This document shows positions 10,952 through 21,904 of a stretch of DNA of 64,000 bases, piece by piece. The DNA comes from Candidatus Babeliales bacterium. Its GTDB lineage: Bacteria; Babelota; Babeliae; Babelales; JANWKD01. Under the pieces are notes generated by a model. That model worked only from the letters and a program-made list of their open reading frames with translations. It did not search any database and was not told the DNA's origin. A program made the position numbers and the translations under genes. The stretch lies in contig CAVRJM010000001.1 in the NCBI GenBank assembly GCA_963722075.1, positions 896,001 to 960,000 of the forward strand. The letters run 5' to 3'. The stretch's first letter is position 1. Each line of letters begins with the position of its first letter.

Positions 10952-11020
10952 ATTTGATTTCCTCTTTTTATATATACTGGTTATACCATGGAATATAAAA
11001 AAGAGAAAATGGCTCCGATT

Positions 11021-11575
11021 TTATTCATTTTTAGACAAAACTTTTTTTATTAATTTGCGTTGTCTGCCTTGAGATATCGAACTATAACATTTAAGTATGG
11101 CCGTACTAGATAATCCACCTATTACCAATTTTTTTGCAGTATGCTCCCATGAAGAAAGCTGGTGCGTTTTTCGTTTATATTCTAGCTTGCTAAAAGCTTC
11201 GTGCTTCTTTTCTTCTGATGCATTTTTTAATTCCTCAAGATTATGATGCATATCCTGGCTTATTTTATTTTTTACCATCAACCAAATTATTCCAGCAAAT
11301 GCACTACTTAACATTCCCGAATTAGTTTTTATTATTCGCCAGGTCATCTCCCATTTTGTTTCTAATTCTAATTCTAAATCCTCAGGAAGATCTCGAGGAT
11401 CAATAGGGGTACTCGTATCTTGCTTGCTACCATCAGGAAAGACAATAACGGAATTACGGCAAATAGACATCCTCCCATTACTATCGTAATTGACTGAATA
11501 TTCTATATCTTCTTCTTGAATCCCAAAACTATTCATACTAAAAAATAGCGTAAATGCTAAAACAAAATATTTCAT
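11021..11575 (-). CDS. Hypothetical exported/membrane protein
   Basis: 184-aa ORF with a signal peptide and two hydrophobic segments. Confidence 0.6.
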   Translation of the reverse strand: MKYFVLAFTLFFSMNSFGIQEEDIEYSVNYDSNGRMSICRNSVIVFPDGSKQDTSTPIDPRDLPEDLELELETKWEMTWRIIKTNSGMLSSAFAGIIWLMVKNKISQDMHHNLEELKNASEEKKHEAFSKLEYKRKTHQLSSWEHTAKKLVIGGLSSTAILKCYSSISQGRQRKLIKKVLSKNE

Positions 11576-11589
11576 TATAATTGTCCCTA

Positions 11590-12987
11590 TTATTTAAATT
11601 TAAATTTTTTTAATGCAATAAAACTCATGCCAAGTAAAAGAAATCCATGGCGAAACCGACTAATTTGCGTGGTGCCATATTGCCGATTTTTATAATGTAC
11701 CGGCATATCAAGAATCTTTAAATTTAATTTTGCTGCACCAAATAACAAATCAAAATCACCAAACGGATCAAATTCGCCAAAATACGCACGGTTTTTTACA
11801 ATTTTTTCATAATCTGATTTAAATAATACTTTGGTACCGCATAAGGTATCTTTTATTGGCTGTCCTAATAACCATGAAAAACCTATACCAAAACAATAAT
11901 TTGCAATCAAATTTAAAAATCGCATCGCTTCAGATTCCATGCCATAAACCAACCGCGAGCCGTTAATAAAATCTGCTTTTTCTACTAACGCATCATAAAA
12001 TTTAGGTAATTCTTCGGGCGGCACTGTTAAATCAGCATCAAGTATCATTAAGATATCTCCTTGTGCCTTTGCAAATCCCAAGCGCACCGCATCTCCCTTC
12101 CCTTTGCCAGATTGCACATAATAAGAAATTTTTTTATGTGGATTTTCTTGATGTACTCGTTTAATTTCTTCAAGGGTGCCGTCCTTGGAATGCCCTTCTA
12201 CAAAAATAAATTCGGTCGCCGTTCCCAATAACGGACAGCGATCAATAATCGCTTGAATATTACCACGCTCATTACGACAGGGGACTATAACTGAAACAGA
12301 ATAGTTTCTTTCAATTTTTTTTATGGCTGGGCGTGCAACAACCCATTGACTAAGGCAAAACAAATTAATGATGGGAAGTGGCGCAATAAAAGTGTTAACC
12401 AGCCACGAAATGAGCGGAATATACACCGGAAGTAAAATATTACGTTCATGCGTTACCACTTCAAATCCTGCTAAATATAAAAAATTAGCAATATCTTGGT
12501 ACGATAACCAGTTTTTAAGCGCTGTTTTTCGCCTTAATGAACATTTTTGAGCTAACCATAAAATGGGTTCCCATAAAACTGAATAAAAATCAATTACTAT
12601 TTTGGTAGTATCAGTACAAAACGGAATTAATTGTTTAAAAAGCTCTTGCACATCATCAGCTTCCATTGTAGCCAAATTAATTAGTACATAATCAAACGGC
12701 TCTTTATGCGGAATATTTTTTACTGAACCAGAATAAAATTCAAAATGAGGATAGAGCTGTTTTGCTTGACTCACTGCTAACGAATCTTCATCAACCCCAA
12801 CGCCAAATGAAGGATGCACGGCATCTAATAAAAAACCATTTTTTCCATTAACTAAAAGCACTCGTGATTCTTTTGGTACAAAAAAACGATATAATCGTGC
12901 CATTAATGAATGGTAATACCAATTTTTTTTCAACCAATAGGCATACGAAATGCGTTCATGATAAATTGTTTGTGCTTCCATACTCAT
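11590..12987 (-). CDS. Degenerate methyltransferase-like domain fused to a GT2 glycosyltransferase
   Basis: C-terminal VIVPCRNE, GKGDAVRLG, LDADLTVPP, DTLCGTK, FGDFDLL. Confidence 0.8.
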   Translation of the reverse strand: MSMEAQTIYHERISYAYWLKKNWYYHSLMARLYRFFVPKESRVLLVNGKNGFLLDAVHPSFGVGVDEDSLAVSQAKQLYPHFEFYSGSVKNIPHKEPFDYVLINLATMEADDVQELFKQLIPFCTDTTKIVIDFYSVLWEPILWLAQKCSLRRKTALKNWLSYQDIANFLYLAGFEVVTHERNILLPVYIPLISWLVNTFIAPLPIINLFCLSQWVVARPAIKKIERNYSVSVIVPCRNERGNIQAIIDRCPLLGTATEFIFVEGHSKDGTLEEIKRVHQENPHKKISYYVQSGKGKGDAVRLGFAKAQGDILMILDADLTVPPEELPKFYDALVEKADFINGSRLVYGMESEAMRFLNLIANYCFGIGFSWLLGQPIKDTLCGTKVLFKSDYEKIVKNRAYFGEFDPFGDFDLLFGAAKLNLKILDMPVHYKNRQYGTTQISRFRHGFLLLGMSFIALKKFKFK

Positions 12988-13244
12988 TATTCACCTTTTT
13001 TTGCAATACCTTTAGGAAGGCTATTATCAGTTACTAAATGCGCAAATGCGCCTAACACAAAATTAATTTGATATTTAATAAACAAATCACAGCAACATGA
13101 TTGCTGCTCTTCTGGTTCATCCTGTATATCATCATTAATAAAATATATATTAGGATCATAATGTATCTTTTCAATAACTCGTTGTTGCATACTTGCAACT
13201 AAAAACGGTACAAAAAAAATAATTAAAAAAAAATATTTAATCAT
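12987..13244 (-). CDS. Small exported hypothetical protein
   Basis: Signal peptide ending LVAS-MQQ; stop abuts the next start. Confidence 0.55.
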   Translation of the reverse strand: MIKYFFLIIFFVPFLVASMQQRVIEKIHYDPNIYFINDDIQDEPEEQQSCCCDLFIKYQINFVLGAFAHLVTDNSLPKGIAKKGE

Positions 13245-13252
13245 TTTGTGAT

Positions 13253-14284
13253 TTATTCTCTCATTGGTGCACTCGGCGCTGTGAGTATAGATTTAACGCG
13301 ATTTATCACTTCTTTAAGATCATTAAATTCTATCGCAAATTGAGCGAATGTGAGATCATGGTTTTCTAAACGTTGCATTATTTTTTGCTGAGTCTTTTTG
13401 ATTTCTTCAATCTCTTTTTTCATTTCATTAATAGTTTGATTGGATTGACTGCCAATAGCAACCATTGTTTCCATCAAATCAGATAATTCATTTTGTTTAT
13501 TATTAATAGTAGTCAATTGGGAAATTATCGAACGCACACCATGTGTATCCATATTTTCATTAAATTTTTGTTCTAATCGTGAAATTGTAGCTAAAAATAC
13601 TGAATGATTTGTACAAGCTTGCTCATGGAGTTCATGCATCAATTGTTCTGATTTTATTGCACTATTTTTTTCATGCTCTTCTTTTTCATATTTTGCTTTT
13701 TCTGTAGCAATTTGTAATTTACGTTTATGTTCTGCTGCATCATCTTTTTGCTTTTGTGCAAATTCTAATGCGATATCTTTTTTATAATAAAAAGCATTTT
13801 TTTCACGCAATAAGTTCAGAAATTGTTCCGTTTCCTCAGCTTCCTGCTGCTCAGTATCAGATAAATAGTCTTTTAAAGAATTAATTTTTTCAAGATCAGC
13901 GCGCACCATTTGACCATAGTAATAATGATAATAAGCAGTATCATTTGCATACGGGAGTGAGACGCGTTCAATTACTTCGGCAGTAACTTCACCTGTTTTT
14001 TCCACTGATTCATATTCTAGCTGATATTTTTTTTCTAATGATGATAACCATTCTTTTGCTTTTTTTTGCTGTATCAGTTTTTCGTCTTCCAATTTTTTTT
14101 CTTTATCAGCATGCGCGGCTTCATTCACCGCTATACCGAAAACAGTACCTAAGCCTATTAGAGCGCTTCCAACACAACCAAGTCCTACAATTAATAAAAT
14201 TACATTAGGGGCATCATCATTTGCTTTAACTGGATTAGCTATGCAAAGTGACAGCATTAAAAAAATAATTTTTTTACTTTTCAT
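13253..14284 (-). CDS. Exported/membrane coiled-coil protein with a C-terminal PSAP motif
   Basis: Signal peptide, Gly-rich hydrophobic segment, long coiled coil, ends LTAPSAPMRE. Confidence 0.65.
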   Translation of the reverse strand: MKSKKIIFLMLSLCIANPVKANDDAPNVILLIVGLGCVGSALIGLGTVFGIAVNEAAHADKEKKLEDEKLIQQKKAKEWLSSLEKKYQLEYESVEKTGEVTAEVIERVSLPYANDTAYYHYYYGQMVRADLEKINSLKDYLSDTEQQEAEETEQFLNLLREKNAFYYKKDIALEFAQKQKDDAAEHKRKLQIATEKAKYEKEEHEKNSAIKSEQLMHELHEQACTNHSVFLATISRLEQKFNENMDTHGVRSIISQLTTINNKQNELSDLMETMVAIGSQSNQTINEMKKEIEEIKKTQQKIMQRLENHDLTFAQFAIEFNDLKEVINRVKSILTAPSAPMRE

Positions 14285-14330
14285 ACAAATATTTTCCCAT
14301 ATAAATAATTTAAAAAGAATTTCATTTTAT

Positions 14331-14416
14331 AACTGGATTCTTACGACTTCGTCTCAGAATGACATTCGCGACCTCCATGTCATCCTGAGGAGCGAATGCG
14401 ACGTCAGGATCCAGTT
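14331..14416. repeat. Inverted pair of YGTC-tagged palindromes
   Basis: aactggattc...cagaatgaca and tgtcatcctgagg...ggatccagtt. Confidence 0.8.
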
Positions 14417-14530
14417 AATAAATAATACTCGATACTTTTATTCAATCAAATTTAAAAATATATTATAGTGCTACAAATTTTTTATTGTATTGTACAAGAA
14501 AAAAGCAAGAATTTATAGGATAGTTATTGC

Positions 14531-17242
14531 TTATTTAGTAACTTCTTGCCAGTTATTACCAAAACGTGTCGTTACTTTAAGCGGAACATTCCATTGCACT
14601 ACATTCTCTAAAACAGATTTTACCACTTGTTGCGTTTGTTCTTTTTGATGCTCTGGCACCGAAATTAAAAGCTCATCATGAATTTGCAAAATCATTTTTG
14701 CCTCTAAATTATGCTCCTTAAAGGCTCGAGCAAGGTTAATCATTCCGCACTTCATAATTTCAGCAGCAGTGCCTTGTGCGGGCATATTGATGGTGATACG
14801 GCGAGCCAAATCATAGAGCATTTTATTCTTTTCATAAATGCCCGGAACATAGCGCCGCCGGCCCCAGAGCGTCGTTACATACCCGCGTTCCATAGTTTCA
14901 TTAATTACACGCTCCATCCACGTGGATACTCCCGGATATTGAGTAAAATATTTTTCAATATATTGTTGTGCTTGTTTAAACGGGATTCCTAAATCTTTTG
15001 AAAGACCGAATGGCGTTAATCCATATAAGATACTAAAATTAATTCGTTTACCAATTTGCCGTTGTTCACTAGTGACCTTATCAAGCGGAACATCAAAAAG
15101 TTTGGCCGCAGTTTGCGCATGAATATCTTGATCTTGTAAAAACGCATTCACCAGCGCTGCATCTTGTGATAAATAAGCAAGTATACGTAATTCAATTTGT
15201 GAATAATCTGCCGATAAAAACACCTGTCCTTTTTCCGGTTTAAATGCTGATCTAATATGAACATGATAACGGGTATCGATAGGAATATTTTGTAAATTAG
15301 GCTCCGAACTTGCAAGTCGCCCGGTAGCAACGGCAGTTTGACTAAACGTGGTATGAATTTTCCCGGTAGCTTTATTGATGTATGTCGGCAATGCATCAAT
15401 GTAGGTATTTTTTAACTTGGCGAGTTCCCGATAGTGTAATATAAGACCCGGCACTGGATGGTTTTTTGCCAGTTCTTGCAATACATCAACATCAGTTGAA
15501 TAACCCGTTTTTTTAGAACTTTTTTTGAGCGGAATTAATTTTAATACCGTAAATAATAGATGCTCGATTTGTTTTGGTGAGTTTAAATTAATATCGGGTT
15601 GGCACCCACTTAAATCAATAATTTCTTGTTTTATTCGTTCCAAATCCGCCACAACGTATCGATCAAGTTCGCGTAAAATGGATAAATCAACACTAATACC
15701 TTCTAGCTCCATACCAACTAAAATGGGAACCAACGGTAATTCCATTTCATAATAGAGCCGTTCCATATCTTGCTTTTTTAGTTGTTCGGTTAAAATAGGA
15801 TATAATTGCAATGTCTGATGAGCATCAGAAGCTGCATATTCAGTAGCTAAATCAAGCGGCACTTGTGCAAAGTTCTTGTATCCTTTGCTGCTCACCACAT
15901 CAGCAAAGCTCAGCATCGTTTCATTCAAATAAAATTGTGAAATAGCTTTTAAATTTATATTTTGCCAATCTTCAGTTACTAAATGAGCTGCTAATAACGT
16001 ATCAAATGTTAAAGGAGTAGTAACAAACCCGTTATAAATAAGCGCACGTTCATCAAAATTGCCGTGATGCATGATTTTTTTTATACCCGGATCAGCCAAA
16101 AGAGGATTCATAAGTTTTAAAACATCTTCCTTAGTCAATTGCTCAGGCGTTTCACTATGGCCAAAAGGAACGTAATACGCTTCACCTTTTTTATAGGCAA
16201 ATGAAACTCCAATAAGCTTGTTCTCTAAAGGGTTAAGCCCTTCAAGCTCTGTATCAAGCGCAATAATACCTGCTTTTTTTACCTCTTTGAGGATAGTTTC
16301 AAGTTCATGCATCGTTGTTATTGCTTTAAAAATATACCCCTTAGATTCAGATAAGGTTATTTTTGGCGTTAAAGAAACACCTTGTTTTTGTAAATCTTTG
16401 AGTAAGGATTTAAAGTTTAATTCTTCAAACAATGGCTGTGCGTGAGCCCAATTATGCGCATCAAAAGCAACATCAGTACTTTGAGCATTGAATGGCATAT
16501 AGCGTAGTAAAAATAGTTGCTCACTTAAAAATCCATTCGATTTATTTTCTTCTAGAAGCCGCCGCGTACTTTCTTTAGGCACCTGATTTATGTGCTCATA
16601 AAGATCCTGAAGGCTAGAAAATTGTTGTACTAATTGCGTTGCTGTTTTAGTACCAATCCCTTTCACCCCAGGAATATTATCCGAAGTATCTCCTACCAAA
16701 GCAAAATAAAACGGTAGTTTTGATACCTGAAATCCTCTATTTTCGATAAATCGTAGTTTATCAATAAAAATATCTTTAAATGGATCATAAATAGTAATTG
16801 AGTCAGTAAGTACTTGCTCCATATCTTTATCAGAGGTAATTATTACTACTTTTTTTCCTTCTTGTGCAATGTCACGGGCTAAAGAAAAAAGAATATCATC
16901 AGCTTCAACACCCGTTTTTTCAAACTGTTTTAAGCCAATCAGATCAGCAAAATGTTGTATATATATTTTTTGATCAAAAAGATCACTGGGCGGCGCTGAA
17001 CGCGTTGCTTTGTAAGCAGGAAATATGGTATGTCGTTCTGTAGGGCCTTTGCTATCCCATACAAGTGCCATGTACTGTGGGTTAAATTTATCAATCAGTT
17101 TTTTTATCATACGGCAAAAACTATAAACTGCTTGTACTGGCACCCCTTTTGGTGTGTGTAAGGGTCGCAATGCGTAATACGCTCTATATAAAAACCCCGA
17201 GCCGTCAATAAGATATACCGTCTGATTGGGATCCTGAACCAT
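14531..17242 (-). CDS. polA: DNA polymerase I
   Basis: LIDGSGFLYRAY, EADD, GDTSDNIPGV, DTE exonuclease motif, ADYSQIELR, QIHDEL. Start moved to MVQDP (17242), which follows an aaagg RBS. Confidence 0.95.
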   Translation of the reverse strand: MVQDPNQTVYLIDGSGFLYRAYYALRPLHTPKGVPVQAVYSFCRMIKKLIDKFNPQYMALVWDSKGPTERHTIFPAYKATRSAPPSDLFDQKIYIQHFADLIGLKQFEKTGVEADDILFSLARDIAQEGKKVVIITSDKDMEQVLTDSITIYDPFKDIFIDKLRFIENRGFQVSKLPFYFALVGDTSDNIPGVKGIGTKTATQLVQQFSSLQDLYEHINQVPKESTRRLLEENKSNGFLSEQLFLLRYMPFNAQSTDVAFDAHNWAHAQPLFEELNFKSLLKDLQKQGVSLTPKITLSESKGYIFKAITTMHELETILKEVKKAGIIALDTELEGLNPLENKLIGVSFAYKKGEAYYVPFGHSETPEQLTKEDVLKLMNPLLADPGIKKIMHHGNFDERALIYNGFVTTPLTFDTLLAAHLVTEDWQNINLKAISQFYLNETMLSFADVVSSKGYKNFAQVPLDLATEYAASDAHQTLQLYPILTEQLKKQDMERLYYEMELPLVPILVGMELEGISVDLSILRELDRYVVADLERIKQEIIDLSGCQPDINLNSPKQIEHLLFTVLKLIPLKKSSKKTGYSTDVDVLQELAKNHPVPGLILHYRELAKLKNTYIDALPTYINKATGKIHTTFSQTAVATGRLASSEPNLQNIPIDTRYHVHIRSAFKPEKGQVFLSADYSQIELRILAYLSQDAALVNAFLQDQDIHAQTAAKLFDVPLDKVTSEQRQIGKRINFSILYGLTPFGLSKDLGIPFKQAQQYIEKYFTQYPGVSTWMERVINETMERGYVTTLWGRRRYVPGIYEKNKMLYDLARRITINMPAQGTAAEIMKCGMINLARAFKEHNLEAKMILQIHDELLISVPEHQKEQTQQVVKSVLENVVQWNVPLKVTTRFGNNWQEVTK

Positions 17243-17541
17243 ATGACAACCTTTCTTTTTTTCATACATGAGAGAATATAGCGGGAATACCGTACTTATT
17301 ATAATAGTAAAAATAAAATGCTTGAAAACATCTGCAACCATAAGAACAAATATAAACCTCAATTCAATCTCTATAAGCCTCTTCTATAAGTATAATCTAT
17401 AATCAAATTTTCACAAAAAAAATAATAAAACAGTATAAAAATTACAAAGATGTATTTTTATTTATAGTAAGTTGCTCAAATTCCAAAAAACGTTACTTTA
17501 TTAAAATGATAATGAGAAATATGTGTTAAGAAAGGTTTTTC

Positions 17542-17841
17542 ATGAAACGCTATAGCTTATATATACTTATTTGTTCTTCACTTTTATATACCAGCATCAA
17601 GCCTATGCAATCAACGCAAAAAGTTAATCCCGCAATTGAAATTATTACTTGCAACACGTATGAAAAATCAATTGTGCGCTATTTGGAATTAGCAAGCGAC
17701 CCTACCCATTCTAGGGCATTAAACCTTCCGCTCATTAAAACAAATATTATTAATGCCTTAAGTGAAAAATTTAAGAAAAATGCCCAAGAAATAGGTGAAG
17801 ATCTCAAAATTGAGCAAATAATTAATAAAGCTAAATTATAA
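17542..17841 (+). CDS. Small exported hypothetical protein
   Basis: RBS aaagg; signal peptide ending SIKP-MQS. Confidence 0.55.
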   Translation: MKRYSLYILICSSLLYTSIKPMQSTQKVNPAIEIITCNTYEKSIVRYLELASDPTHSRALNLPLIKTNIINALSEKFKKNAQEIGEDLKIEQIINKAKL

Positions 17842-18074
17842 GAAATCATTATTATTTCAAATTGATAATAAAAAAATAGTTTCAATCTCTTGCTTTTTCA
17901 ATTATATTCTTGATAAGCTTATTATAATTCCGTACTAATTCCCCTAAAATAAGAAAAAAAGGAAACAGAAGTAGTTATGATAAGCTATATATTGTTATTT
18001 ATAAATTTATTAAAAAAATTTAAAAATCGGTAATATTTACTGGTAAAAAAATATAATAATTTTACACTAAGGAT

Positions 18075-20036
18075 ATGTTTGCCCAAGTAAAATTATTAAA
18101 AGGATTCAAAGAACCGTTATTATATGAAGCACCTGATCAGCTGAAAAACGATCTCTCTATTAATTCTTTGGTGAAAGTCCCCTTACGCAACCAAACGGTA
18201 TATGCATACGTCCAAAAGCTGTACCATGAAAAACCTGCTATTTCGTTTAACGTAAAAAAGATTCTAAGCATAGAACAGCTTCCTCATGATATGCATTATT
18301 TTAAGTTCATTGATCAACTTGCCTATTATTATCAAACTGAACCAGTTCATTTTTTAAAGCGATTATATTTCTTTTTAAATCATGAAAAACCAACTGAGTT
18401 TATAGATCCTTTTGCCCAATCATCCATTAAGCATAATGTCACCCTCACTTCTGAACAGCAACAGGTTGTTTCTTTTATACAGCCGTACATACAAGATACT
18501 ATGTATCTGCCAACCTTATTGCACGGAGTAACCGGCTCAGGAAAAACTGAAGTATACAAAGCCTTGATCGAGCATGCCATTGCTCATCATAAAACAATCA
18601 TATTATTATTACCGGAAGTATCTTTAGCCGCACAATTTACTCAATTACTAAAAGAGCAGTTACCCGCTATACCAATCGTATCCTTTCATTCAGCAACAGC
18701 ACCAACCCAAAAGAAAATGGTATGGAATCGCCTTTTAAATGCAGAACCAACCGTTATTATTGGTGTCCATCTTCCCTTATTATTACCGATCGCAAATTTA
18801 GGTTTAATTATTATTGATGAAGAACATGAAGCGGGGTACCAAGAAAAGAAACACCCTAAAATAAATACTAAGGAAGCTGCCCTGTTTAAAGCCCATTGCG
18901 CCCAAATACCTATTTTACTGGGATCGGCAACACCGAGTATCAGCTCATTATATATGGTGAACAATAAAAAATGGCATTTTTTTCAATTAAAAAAACGGTT
19001 CAATGGCGTTTTTCCAAAAATAAAAATAGTTTCTCTGCTAGAAAAAAAAGAACGAAGACAATTTTGGATCTCCACCGAACTTATTAATGCGATTAGACAG
19101 CGACTTGCTGCTCAAGAACAGATCATGATTTTTTTAAATCGCCGCGGCTTTAGTTTTTTTGTGCAATGTAAGCAATGCAGCTTTATTTTTTATTGTAACT
19201 CCTGCTCAGTCAGTTTAACGCTCCATCATGATAATCATTTATTATGCCATTATTGCGGCTTTTCTACCACGATCCCGCCGTATTGTGGCAGCTGTAAGCA
19301 TACTGATTTTTTAAAAAAAGGAATTGGCACACAATTTATCGTACAAACGTTACAGCATATTTTTCCTACTGCTCGTATCGCCCGTGCCGATTTAGATGCC
19401 ACCATCAATAAAAAAAAGTGGCAAAACACCATAAATCTCTTTAAAGACGGTGCTCTTGATATGTTAGTGGGAACACAAACAATAACAAAAGGGTATCATT
19501 TTCCTAAAGTTAGCTTAGTCGGCATCATTTGGGCAGACTTAAATTTACATTTTCCTATATATAACGCCGTTGAAACAACGTTACAACAACTTATCCAAGT
19601 TGCTGGAAGAGCCGGCAGAACTGGATTAGCAAGTGAAGTTATCCTGCAAACAATGGGAACTCATCCCGTTTTTGCGCAAGTAAATGAATTACAGTATGCA
19701 GATTTTTATCAGCATGAAATTGAAAATAGAATGCTTGTTAATTACCCACCCTTCACCCGTTTGGTTGAAATAGAATTCAAACACGCTAATGATATGGTGG
19801 TAGAACAAGATGCGAATTTTGTTGCTGATTTTCTTTCCTGCCATATTAAAACTACGTATTCTTCTATCACCGTACTCGGGCCAACTAAACCCCCTGTATG
19901 GAAATTAAAAAATTGGTACATGCGTAAAATTTATTTAAAAAGTAATTCAATACATGACATTATTCGCTTATATCGCTCCATACCACTCAGTACTATTAAA
20001 AGCTTCATTTACTTCACTCCTAATCCGTTAAATTAG
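18075..20036 (+). CDS. priA: Primosomal protein N' (replication restart helicase)
   Basis: HGVTGSGKTEVY, DEEHE, SATP, LNRRG, four CxxC pairs, QVAGRAGR. Confidence 0.95.
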   Translation: MFAQVKLLKGFKEPLLYEAPDQLKNDLSINSLVKVPLRNQTVYAYVQKLYHEKPAISFNVKKILSIEQLPHDMHYFKFIDQLAYYYQTEPVHFLKRLYFFLNHEKPTEFIDPFAQSSIKHNVTLTSEQQQVVSFIQPYIQDTMYLPTLLHGVTGSGKTEVYKALIEHAIAHHKTIILLLPEVSLAAQFTQLLKEQLPAIPIVSFHSATAPTQKKMVWNRLLNAEPTVIIGVHLPLLLPIANLGLIIIDEEHEAGYQEKKHPKINTKEAALFKAHCAQIPILLGSATPSISSLYMVNNKKWHFFQLKKRFNGVFPKIKIVSLLEKKERRQFWISTELINAIRQRLAAQEQIMIFLNRRGFSFFVQCKQCSFIFYCNSCSVSLTLHHDNHLLCHYCGFSTTIPPYCGSCKHTDFLKKGIGTQFIVQTLQHIFPTARIARADLDATINKKKWQNTINLFKDGALDMLVGTQTITKGYHFPKVSLVGIIWADLNLHFPIYNAVETTLQQLIQVAGRAGRTGLASEVILQTMGTHPVFAQVNELQYADFYQHEIENRMLVNYPPFTRLVEIEFKHANDMVVEQDANFVADFLSCHIKTTYSSITVLGPTKPPVWKLKNWYMRKIYLKSNSIHDIIRLYRSIPLSTIKSFIYFTPNPLN

Positions 20037-20113
20037 GATATAAAAAGTAAGAATTCCATAATTATATTGTCTTATAAAAGACGTAATCCATGTTATAGGG
20101 ATATTGCGGTCAC

Positions 20114-20133
20114 TTGTCATCTCGGAATGACAA
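20114..20133. repeat. Collapsed remnant of the palindromic repeat
   Basis: ttgtcatctcggaatgacaa retains both repeat ends. Confidence 0.5.
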
Positions 20134-20260
20134 AATTATTATTTACACTAAAAAGATAATTTATTCAGAAATTATTTTAAAATTTACTTAATTATTGAAT
20201 TACACGGCAACTTCTCTCTATCCTGATAAAAATATAATGAATACCTTAAGGAGAAGCGTA

Positions 20261-20848
20261 ATGAATAATAAGTTGTACCTACTAATTCTAGGGTTAGTAG
20301 CATGTCCCTTTATTACAATTCAACCCAAAACACCGGTACCGGTCAAAAATTTAACATTTGCAAAAGAACTGCCTAAATCAGCTACAACCAAACAGGAACC
20401 TATTACTGCTAACGACCTTGAAAAACAAAAACAAAAAATTAAAACGCTTAAAAAACAACTCAAAAATTTACTAAAAAAATACCCGAAATTTCAGGATGTG
20501 AAAAAACAATATGATGATGCTAAGATACCGGTAAAAAATGCACAGGATAAGATAAGCCAACTATACGCAAAAAATCTAACACTTTTTAATGAATATAATA
20601 AAGCAAAAGAACAAAAAAAGGTCCCAAAAGACCTTCAAAACCAGATAAATGCATTTTCAAAAAAATCCAGTGAACTTTCAATTCAATATAATACGGCAGC
20701 AAATTCCCTCATTAAACTTAAAACCAACATGAGAAAAACTAAGGAAGCATTAATTGCAAAAGAAACCCCATTAAAGAAAATAGGTCAACAATTAGATCAG
20801 GCAAAAAAAGAATTTCAAGATATGCAACATAAACCGATTAAAAAGTAA
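20261..20848 (+). CDS. Exported Lys/Gln-rich coiled-coil protein
   Basis: RBS aggag before ATG 20261; signal peptide; heptad pattern. Confidence 0.65.
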   Translation: MNNKLYLLILGLVACPFITIQPKTPVPVKNLTFAKELPKSATTKQEPITANDLEKQKQKIKTLKKQLKNLLKKYPKFQDVKKQYDDAKIPVKNAQDKISQLYAKNLTLFNEYNKAKEQKKVPKDLQNQINAFSKKSSELSIQYNTAANSLIKLKTNMRKTKEALIAKETPLKKIGQQLDQAKKEFQDMQHKPIKK

Positions 20849-20860
20849 TAAAGGATTGCT

Positions 20861-21796
20861 ATGAAACTCTTAAAAAATAAAAGATTTTTACTCTTATTGT
20901 TATTTCTTATAAATGCCACTGGCATAAATGCCATCGCGTGGTATTGGTTTTGTGGTTGGATGAACATACAAGGAGATTCCCTTCTTAATTATTATTTATA
21001 CGCTTGGGATAATACGCAAAAAAAAATGGTATTAAATCCCTCGCCATTACCAACAAACAAAGTCTTTCTTTTGCAAGATCTTTTAGGTGGCGTTGATAAT
21101 TGTCCTGCAATGTGGTGGGGACAAGTTGGCACTGATCAAAGTGGTAATCCCATTATGGGCGGAACCACTTTTCTATTAGTGCCTAAAGTGCCGTATATTA
21201 GTGTTGCAAATACTACGCCACAAGATGTTCAAGCATTTGAAGATAAACTGTTAACGGCCATCGAATATCCTTACATCTACGTAGAACGCGCCGCACCCAA
21301 TCTTATTCAAATATACATTATTGGGCCACGACCGATAAATAATTTAGGAGCTCAAAAATTAACGTTTAATATGCCCGCGTTTGAAAGCATTTGGGGGCAT
21401 GATCCTAATCAATATAAATCTTGGCAAAACCAACCGATAACAATTGGACCTGCCATTTCGGGCAACTTATGGAACGGCTATGATATGGGGTTTGCATTCT
21501 CTTTTAATACCATTACCGGCACTTTCCTTAACTCAGATCCATTACAACACAAATTAAGTAATGATGCCTTTTATATTTCTGGCATTCTTAATAAAAAAGA
21601 TAAAATGAGCTGGAGCTGGAATAATCAACAAACACCACCAAATGCAGTTGTTTGTTGTATTGGGTTAACCATGGATAAATTAATAAGCCAAGGAATCGTC
21701 ACCTACAGCGGACCGATAATTGAGGAAACTGATCTACAACGAGTTATTAATTGGATCAATGGAACCGGGCAGGCTAAATTAGCAAATGTAATATAA
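20861..21796 (+). CDS. Exported hypothetical protein, Trp/Asn/Pro-rich
   Basis: 311-aa ORF with RBS and signal peptide. Confidence 0.65.
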   Translation: MKLLKNKRFLLLLLFLINATGINAIAWYWFCGWMNIQGDSLLNYYLYAWDNTQKKMVLNPSPLPTNKVFLLQDLLGGVDNCPAMWWGQVGTDQSGNPIMGGTTFLLVPKVPYISVANTTPQDVQAFEDKLLTAIEYPYIYVERAAPNLIQIYIIGPRPINNLGAQKLTFNMPAFESIWGHDPNQYKSWQNQPITIGPAISGNLWNGYDMGFAFSFNTITGTFLNSDPLQHKLSNDAFYISGILNKKDKMSWSWNNQQTPPNAVVCCIGLTMDKLISQGIVTYSGPIIEETDLQRVINWINGTGQAKLANVI

Positions 21797-21904
21797 CAAT
21801 AATAATTGCCCACCGGTAGCAGGCTTTACAAATTTATTGCACAAAAGTACATTACAAAATAGTTTAACATATTGTGTTACCCTTTTGTATTGGAGATTTG
21901 TGCA

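Noticed and set aside
14711..16445. Short antisense or alternate-frame ORFs inside polA, and similar ones in priA, hppA, nrdA, typA and mutL
   Set aside because: Shadow ORFs of well-supported genes with no independent evidence.
17243..17362. Hydrophobic 40-aa N-terminal extension on PolA
   Set aside because: A good RBS precedes the Met at 17242, where polymerase homology begins; the extension is probably an ORF-calling artefact.
20261..20848. Seventh member of the zipper-tag family
   Set aside because: Its heptads start about 30 residues after the signal and continue through the protein, so it is an ordinary long coiled coil.
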